Shown here one piece after another: positions 55,857-64,000 of a DNA stretch of 64,000 nt (position 1 is its first letter; every line of letters starts with the position of its first letter). Source of the stretch: Zancudomyces culisetae HAW-14-8. Lineage: Eukaryota; Fungi; Kickxellomycota. The stretch is from assembly GCA_052426225.1 (NCBI GenBank), contig JBNJNM010000012.1, positions 2,170,001 to 2,234,000 on the forward strand. Reading direction: 5' to 3'. The notes beneath the pieces were generated by a model, which saw nothing but the letters and a program-made list of their open reading frames with translations, was not told the DNA's origin and made no database searches. Made by a program: the position numbers and the translations under genes.

Positions 55857-58587
55857 TTAACGCTTTAAGAACCCCTTTTGGATCAGTTGTTCTACCTCTA
55901 GCTTGTACTTCTGGGCATCCTCAAGGTCAACGTAAATTGTAGGAAAATGGTATCTAAATTATATATGTGCATATAATTGTTAAGTATGACTAGTTTAACA
56001 AACTACGCTAAACTCCCAAAAACACAACAATGATAGATGTAGTAATAGGAACCAAAAGCTTACCCTAGCCACAGATACAACAAGACAGATTTATGTAAGG
56101 ATTCATACATTGCGAGGTGTTCCTTAGATTTGGGCGGATTTCTGGGGATATCGAAAACATCTGAAATTGGGCATGGTTTATTTCGTGCCAGATATTGGGC
56201 AAGCTAATAAAGTCGGTTATATCGAACATTCTCTGAGTTAGTACACTGATAGATAGTAAAATATAAATACCCTAAAAGGGCTGAGAATGAATACAATAGA
56301 AATAGAAAAATGGCATTAATAAAGAATTCTCACCAGTTTTGCAACATCGATAATATACGGATCTCTAACTTGTATCGGAGCATAAAGCAACTGAAACAGT
56401 ATTTTTACCGGTAGATCAATACCCGAAAACAGAACAGCTAGCTTTTTCATTGTGCTTATATCTGCTATGAAATAATCGTCCGGAACAATCGTGGTGTCAT
56501 AAATCATATCCTAGAAAGCGTTTAGTTGGCAATAGAATAAATGAACTGAGCTTTTACAAATTTAAAGATATTTTTGCTATAACATTGGTTCCTATATACT
56601 AGGATGTTACTTGCGTCATTTATCATAAATCCAAAAATAATACAAGAAAAAAACTTCCCCTAATTACGTAGGCTTAATCAACTTACCAGTAATTCCAACG
56701 TGCTCTTCTCGGGAAACTCATAAAAAAATGCTTCAGAAACATCAGTGCTGGGGAAAAAGCCAGCTTTAGGGATTGGTTCGGGAGTAGCAAACATGAATTT
56801 TTTGACGGATGATAGATCCTTCGAATATAAACTAGTAACCTGCCCCACGCTATCCCCACTCGCAAAACTGAACCTACCTGCTCTACCACCTATCTGTTTG
56901 AGCTGAGAAATCGAAAGATGTCTTGTAACAATACCATCATATTTAGTTACATTTTCAAATATAACCCGCTGAATCTTAAGGTTTAATCCCATCCCAATTG
57001 CATCACTAGCAACCAAAACCTTGTACTCTGAGTTCGGGTCGTTAAATAATTGGGCCTGAAGTGCCCGATTTTCCGGAGGCAAACTGCCATATATGAGTGC
57101 GCACTTCCTTCTGGTAACTGATTGGATTTGTCGCTGAAGTTCAAAGATGCGTTTACGTGAAAATGCTACAATGCAATCACCATCCCTGATACCTTCCAGT
57201 GTCCCGTTTAAGCTGGAATCGCTAACCTCCAATCCACTTAATCGCTCATATTTTATAACTGTTACTTCCTCTCCACAACTTTCAAAAATTCTCTTTACCA
57301 ATGGTACAGCCGTCTCTTCACCACACAGATGAATCTCCATCGCTTTTAAACCAAGAAGCGCTGAAGTCCACCCCTGACCTCTCCTTGCATCTTGAAGCAT
57401 TTGTATTTCGTCGATAACTGCCACCTGGTAGTATGAGCTCAGGTTTACCATCTCTATCGTGGATGATACCAACGGCACTATTTGTTCCCCATCTTTATCA
57501 AAGCATTCTTCCACTTCTACTCCATCAATCACCGGATTTCTCTTACTCTCCCCTGTCAGGAGCATACATGGTCTTCCTAACCCATTCATCTTGTCATATA
57601 TTTCATGGGCTAATAACCTTAATGGTGAACAATACAATCCCGTTTCCGCTTTCTCGAGTTTCTTCAATGCTCTATACGTTTTTCCCGAATTCGTGGGACC
57701 CACATGCATAATGATTTTCCTAAAAACCAGAATTTAATCCCAATTATAAGCATGCAATAAAGACACAAGTTAAATCTCAAATATCATTATCAATTAAATA
57801 TAAAGTACACCATTCTTCCTATCCATATCACCAGAAGCTAGTTTGAAAAGGTTTTATTCCTACCTCTTAAGCATTCTTGTCTTGGGATATAAATCTTGGA
57901 TATTTCTGAAATCTACAAACGATCTTATTCTTAACAGCACTGGAACTTTTTCGGGCACCGTTTCCGCCAAGTAATTAAGGTAAGACCTTAGTAGTATTTG
58001 AGAAATTCCATCTATGCATATTCAGATTTGTTTTCAGTCACGTTTGTTCGGCTTTTTATCTTTTAAAAAAATATGAATCCTCTCTCATATATATATATAT
58101 TGAATATTGAATATAGATTACATTGTCCATCTCTGCATATTGCTTCCTTGCATTCTTTAACACTCAGCGTTTTCACTTTTTCATTCGAAACCTCATTTAG
58201 AAAAGTTTTTAAATGTTCATTGTAAATCTTTGTTGATACACCTGCATTATTGGCTCTGGCTATTAATTCAGGTGTGTTGAATTGCTTGAATAAACCTTCC
58301 CGCACCCGAGAGATAAATTTATCTGTCATTTCATTTTCCAAGGGCCAAGTCGCTTGAGAAGCAAAGTCCTTGTTGGACTGGGCTGAATCTTTAAATGCAC
58401 CCCAACCATCATTCTGGTAACCTTGTCTCTCCTCTCTTTCGATTAGATCTCTTTTCTTATTTTTGCCTTTGAGCTTACCACGATTATAGTAAACAGAGCA
58501 ATGGAATGCTCTTTTTAAAAAGTACGTGCCACATAGACCATTACTCAGACTTAGACCTCTGAAAACAATACGATTGCTTATATACAT
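55857..58587 (-). CDS. SUV3: Mitochondrial ATP-dependent RNA helicase Suv3, 6 exons, about 686 aa
   Basis: Exons 58587-58122, 58011-57864, 57719-56687, 56510-56334, 56203-56064, 55953-55857 join in frame. HVGPTNSGKT, PLRLLA, DEIQM, YGSLPPE, ASDAIGMGLNL, QIGGRAGR, LYLWLGYHFP. Confidence 0.94.
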
Positions 58588-59155
58588 TTTGTCGCGCCAA
58601 TCGTATCAAACAAGCATGCGAGTACCAATTCCTTCAAATTCTACCCTTTACGGCTCTAATATATATATATCCGAGTCCGTGTCTATGGTTGTGTTTACTG
58701 TATAAAGATTTCTTTATGTTGCTGATGCGCCAAGCTTGATTAACCTGCAATTATGCCAACTAATCTCTACACAAACGAATTAGTTTCAAGAAAAAAAAAT
58801 TTTTTTTTCGATTGGATGCGCGTTTTGATCAAATCAAAGTGCAGAAACCCGCCTTCCAATAAGCCGGACGGTTCAATTTAAATGGTGATTCAATAACGCT
58901 TTTGTTTCAATTTCATTTCTGAAGTATTTGTTATTTTTTACTATACACACATAAAATAAAAAAAGCAAAATTAGTCAAATAATCAAAGCGAACAAATCTA
59001 GCAAAGCGAACAAAGAAACAAAAGGCCAAGATGAGCACTCATAGCACAATAAAAACTTTTTCTGGTACTTTACCTTAACCTTATGATTCTACCAAGTTTA
59101 TATTAATTCCAGAATAAAAAAATTGCGAAATCTGACAATTAATAATCAATATAAT

Positions 59156-60732
59156 ATGGGGAAAAAAATAATAGAAATAATCGGTAATACACCTGTATTG
59201 AACATCACAGGCTTGGTTGTGCAAGGTAAATTTTTTAAAGACAATCTTGTGTACTTGATTTTCAACATTCGCACAATCGATTCATTTTTAAATTTCTTTA
59301 ACTCCACTTTAGATGCGACAAACAACAGGACTATGTTGGCTAAGCTTGAAAATATGAACCCGTTTGGAACAATTTACGATAGGATCGCTAAAGCCATTTA
59401 TAACGGTACATTCTTTAAAAAAAATACAAAAACTCTAATCTATCCGCGCCCGCATGGCACATTTTTTTTAAAAAATAAAAATAAAATGTAAAATCCAATA
59501 TAGTTAATGGTTTACATAATGGGAAGAGACAGCTTATCACCAAAACAAAGGAAATAGCCATTTGTTTGAATTCTCTCATAAAGCAAAGTGCGCTAAGCAA
59601 GGGCGAGTTCATAGATTCGGATGTAGTCACCCTCTTTGTAGAACCGGATTCAAGAAGCAACTGCGCCGAGGAGGCTTTAAAATGCGGAGTTCAGGTAGTG
59701 AGCAGAATTGAGGAGCTTTCTACCGAACGAGAAAGTATCTGGATCGATTTAGTAAGTATACGCATATGTACACAGAACTGCTTAAGTGTTTGGAAAGAAG
59801 GTTGGCATAAATACGATTTTTCGAAATATTTATCAAAAGAGAAACTAAAACCATTTATAAAATTGATCAAATAGAAAAGTGGTCAAATCGATATTGGCAG
59901 TTGCATTGAGGAACTAGCAGAGGAAATAACTCAGCAATGTGGAGGGGAGCTAAATACTGTTGTGATTCCAGTTGAGACCGAACAAGAGCAATACATAGCC
60001 CAATACTTGGCGAGTGCTCTAAGAAAAAACAAAGTAAATTTAATAGGAATTAAGATTGGGGGGAAGCAGAGTGATGTGGGTGGTCTTTCAATCAGATGTG
60101 TGGACCATGGTAATGCTTTGGAGACATTATCCAAACTTGAGAAGGTTGGTGTTAGCTGTAGCATCGGATCAGCAGCAGCAGTATATGCAGCGGCCACCAA
60201 GACAGAGCTTGTGCAAGCTGAGGTGAGAGGAACAGTAGTTGCAATATTGACTTCCAAGTTTGGGGCAGATTCACAAAGAAAAATTAGACCAGATGAGATC
60301 GACACCATTATAGAAACTACCAAAGAAAAGTTCCGCTCAGCCACCATTGAAGACATGCAGCTTAACTTTGCAGTTTCGGTATCTACCGAAACAACGCTCC
60401 AACAAGCACACGAAATAATGGTTATAAACGAGTTTTCACATCTCCCCGTCACCAACGCACAACGCGCGCTTATTGGCTACATTTCCTACACCAGTGTGTC
60501 GAAATATCTTTCGCTTGATGAAAATCACCGTCTATCCCCCGTATCTGAAATCATGTACAAGTTCAATACGAATAGCCCGCAGTACAGCTTGATCACCATA
60601 GATACCACATTGGTCGATTTGGCTTTATTTTTCAAGGCAAATAGAAATAGTGTTGCATTTGTGACAGATGATAACGCAAAATTCTGTTTAGGCGTAGTAT
60701 GCCCCTCCGATTTAGTTGATTTTATCTCTTAA
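59156..60732 (+). CDS. Degenerate cystathionine beta-synthase-like protein (eroded PLP fold-II domain plus CBS-domain pair), 4 exons, about 422 aa
   Basis: Exons 59156-59225, 59313-59405, 59504-59751, 59875-60732. IGNTPV, LAKLENMNPFGTIYDR, LAEEITQQCGG, IGSAAAVYAA, TVVAIL, CBS repeats (MVINEFSHLPV, LGVVCPSDLVDF). Confidence 0.8.
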
Positions 60733-61928
60733 AACCCGAATTCGGGATTAAAGTCGTTGTATACTCTTTTCTTTGATCTCCTACTCTCTTCTTCGTCGTC
60801 TGAAAATTCCTTTTCATTATCTGCCACTTCTTCGTCATTTAAATTACTTGCATCGCTTCCCTTGTCCTTTTTCAGTTTTTGCGTATCCAAAAATTTCCCC
60901 TTTTGCTCAACTAAATACACCTTTTGTCCAATCTTTAGGTCGAGCCCCTTTACTTTTTCCTGGCCGTTAAACAGTATCAGATAGAATGGTGTTGACAATG
61001 GCCCAAATGTTTCAAAGACCTATAAAATAAGGATAGTTTTCAAAGTGAGGATTTAAGCACAGGACTATTCTACAGATATAAATAGTATTGGACACATATC
61101 ATGGTATCATTTTTCCAACACACTTATTTCTTTACAAATCACACTTACCAATCCCAAAACCCTATAATCTTCCAACACCAATAAACTGCCATAATCCATC
61201 ACTCGGTATTCTCCTGAGATGTTTCCCTTTACAACAACTGTATTATCCACAACCGTATGGATTGTACCCACATACACAACTTTCGTATCTTTGGGTATTT
61301 CTGTAAAATCAACTTCTGGTGCTTTTGGTTGTGTAATTTCGTTTTTAGTTGCAGGAATCCATCCTTCCGCCATCTCCTCGTCATTATCATCGTCCCATTG
61401 CCCTGCCCCAACATCCCCTGCTGCACCTTTACCTCTTCCTATCTTTCTATTAAGTGAATCCCCTGTTGTACTTTTGTTTTGTACGTCTTCATCTTCACTC
61501 ATCCTATATGAATTATATTTTTCAATCGTTTAAAAAGTGAGCAAGTATTCATGTAAATGTTTAAACTTTTTTAGCCTATACCTACCCTTCACTTTCGGAA
61601 CTGCTATCTAACCAGTCGCTACTCTCATCCTCTGAGCTTTTGGCAACCCCCTCAGCTTTGATTCCTTCACTGTTTATTTGTATTTATAAATTATCTTATT
61701 AATATATTTGGCTCCTTTATACTATTGCTATTATTATTGTTGCTGAGTAGAAGCAAATCCCCCCCCCCCCTCCCTCGTGAAAAGAAGCTTGACTTACCAT
61801 TGGATCTCGGTATCCATTTCCTCAGTTTTCATTTCCATTTTCACTTCATTATTTCCTCCCTCAATGACATTTATCTCATTTGTGTTGGAAAAAACACGCT
61901 GCTCGTCGTTCATATTGTCGATTTCCAT
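60729..61928 (-). CDS. NAF1: H/ACA RNP assembly factor Naf1 (Gar1/Naf1 domain), 4 exons, about 286 aa
   Basis: Exons 61928-61798, 61669-61586, 61503-61149, 61019-60729. TKNEI, VGTIHTVVDNTVVV, VMDYGSLL, VFETFGP...PFY, KGSDASNLNDEEV...EFSDDEEE. Confidence 0.92.
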
Positions 61929-62132
61929 TATTATTTATGTAAAGGTGAGCTCGTATTGATCTTTGTACACGTACACGTTAAATTTATTCCAAAGCGCCAG
62001 GCGAATTCTCGTTTAGGATTGATCTTGAGCTTAGTAGTTTCAAAAGTGGAATAGGATCGATTTTATTTTTGTGGCGAAATTCTTTTTCTGTGCCCAAAAG
62101 CTGTCGGTTTGCTCGCAAAATATAATAGGACA

Positions 62133-62144
62133 TGAAAATTTTTT
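62133..62144. promoter_or_regulatory. RRPE-like element (TGAAAATTTTTT) upstream of NAF1
   Basis: Resembles the yeast RRPE consensus, about 205 bp before the ATG. Similar elements precede other RNA-processing genes in this window. Confidence 0.4.
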
Positions 62145-64000
62145 AGCTTTGTTTGCACTTGAACTTATTTAAAATGGTGCAGGATTAAATTTTTTATACC
62201 ATGCATTTTTGTTTGCTATTTTCTGATCACCAATGAGCATTACTTGTATGAACGATTCTGCACGATTATATGTGCAAGGATAATTGCATTAGTACACACA
62301 ACCTAAAGTCACAATCGTATAATATATGTATTTTTAAGGCATCAGTGTACTATTATGAACTGCCCAGGTACAAATAGTCATGTTTCATTCTGTACTCAAG
62401 AGTCCCTTTAGCGGTACATGGTTACAACTATTCTTGTGCTTTTGGTTCCGATGTAGCATTTTTTTTTTTGGTATCTTTCTTTTCATTATTAAAAATCAAC
62501 TCAAAAGTGGTTCGAGTTAAACCCAGCACTGCGCGACTGGGCTTAATGTATGAGCGAATAAAGCAGCAGTCATGTCTGCGTATCTTTGATCTATACCATT
62601 ATGAATCATAGCAAAAATAAGCACTTGTCTCTAATCTACTGTATACATTATTTAACTTTAAAACCAGCTTTCAATTAGGAAAAGTATAGCCATAGTATTG
62701 GATCTGCAAACACATAAACACGTATATCTATATACAGTTACACAACTATCTTATTTCAGAAATTTGAAAACCTCTAATATCAAGCATCTGTTAAATAGGC
62801 GAAACTTAGCGCTTAAGTGCAATAAAAAATATGAGAGAAAAAAAATTAGTCTTTAATGAATCACCACGAAATCAACATATACTGCAGCTTCATTTTGCGT
62901 TATTGGTAGTTTTTTCTTTTGCAATTACATCTTATTCCCGGATAAAGTGCCATGTGCTCACGTATACAACCCAAAATTTCTCTTTCTGGCTACTTAGCTA
63001 AGCTAAAACATTAGAATCATCTAGCAGCCATATATCATCAACTGATTTTTATTTTTTTCATGTGAATAGGCGTACGTATTTTCTATGATACTAGAGAATT
63101 ACAAAGAATGGACCAACATCAATTAAAATTACCATGTATTGAGACGAGGTGTATTTTTTCGTTTGTTTGTACACAATCGGACTGATTTAAATACTAAAGA
63201 AGCACTTTAGACAAAAACCAACATGGTAGTATGTTCTTAAACCGTCACACTATCATTTTTACATACCCACAACTTGATTAGATAAAATAGTAGCTTTCTG
63301 CTATAGACCCAGATTTTGTTCTGGAATTTTTTGTTTCAGTACCAATAGCTGATTTTTCATTCAACCACTTAAAAAAGTCACCCTACCATTACACACTAGC
63401 CCAACTGCCTTAACAGAAAAGGTAACAATTTTGATTAGCTGTGAATTTTCGCATTTTTTGTTAGTAGCCAATAAGCGATTCAGTTTTTTGTTCTAATTGA
63501 TGTAAAATACTTTCATGTGAGTAGCATCAAACTCTTTTTTTTTCCTTCGCTTTCTTTGCCTCCATAAATTTGAACCTGTGCAATGTTGTGGGGAGGTGGG
63601 TGGGGGAAGGGCAGAGAAAGAAGGTGAGCAAATGGGGTTTTTTGTGCTAGATTTGTTCCTCGAAACGCTTTGCCTTTGCAAATTGCTAAAAATTAAGATT
63701 TCGATATATTTTTTATTAAAATAGTGCGCACTTGTGATATATTTATATATCTAAATCAAATCCTTCCTCAATCAGCAGTACCCAAAATTATATATACCTT
63801 TGAAAAAAATGAGTACATGGTAAGCGTTAACGATATTTTATACTCATTGATATCCAAAACTATGGTACACTAATCATTATTACAATTCTTTTTAAACCTT
63901 TAGGGAAAACTTGAAGAAAAATGTCAGTAGGACAGGAAACTCGGTAACTTTTTCAACTAACCTGTATGATAATGCACGTGTATCTAATTTTGCAACTACT

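Noticed and set aside
681-61959. Numerous antisense and nested ORFs in the ORF track
   Set aside because: Shadows of the real genes or intron read-through extensions, with no independent motifs.
62505-62545. B-box-like GGTTCGAG with adjacent CCCAG/CTGGG hairpin
   Set aside because: No cloverleaf or A box; not a tRNA.
1-64000. Selenoproteins or a non-standard genetic code
   Set aside because: All reconstructed genes end at family-appropriate positions with TAA, TAG or TGA. No in-frame UGA in a redox motif, convincing SECIS or tRNA-Sec was seen.

Overview
AT-rich, intron-containing eukaryotic nuclear DNA from a fungus. The chitin synthase, GT-AG introns with CTAAC-type branch sites and the gene set suggest an early-diverging lineage, possibly Zoopagomycota/Harpellales-like (inference only). 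About 20 protein-coding genes were reconstructed by hand: a Q/Y-rich repeat protein (3' end only), an ankyrin-DysF-FYVE-RING protein, a GPI-type trypsin, PA2G4/Ebp1, a Ser/Thr/Tyr-rich surface protein, Mdj1, UPRT, an M16 peptidase, a RhoGAP, a Skd3/CLPB-type ankyrin-AAA+ protein, two TM RING-H2 ligases, Tsr2, dynein LIC, IDO, Rpc5, a chitin synthase, Spf30, Suv3, a degenerate cystathionine beta-synthase-like protein and Naf1. The most notable items are: (1) an animal-type Skd3/CLPB disaggregase in a fungus; (2) an unannotated ~280-nt block of abutting G-U-rich hairpins at 21351-21632 that looks like a structured ncRNA; (3) a CBS-like pseudoenzyme that has lost the PLP lysine and phosphate loop, whose stop codon overlaps that of NAF1; (4) a RING gene with an intron-split start codon and a 9-nt microexon. 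No tRNA, rRNA, CRISPR array or recognisable mobile element was found.
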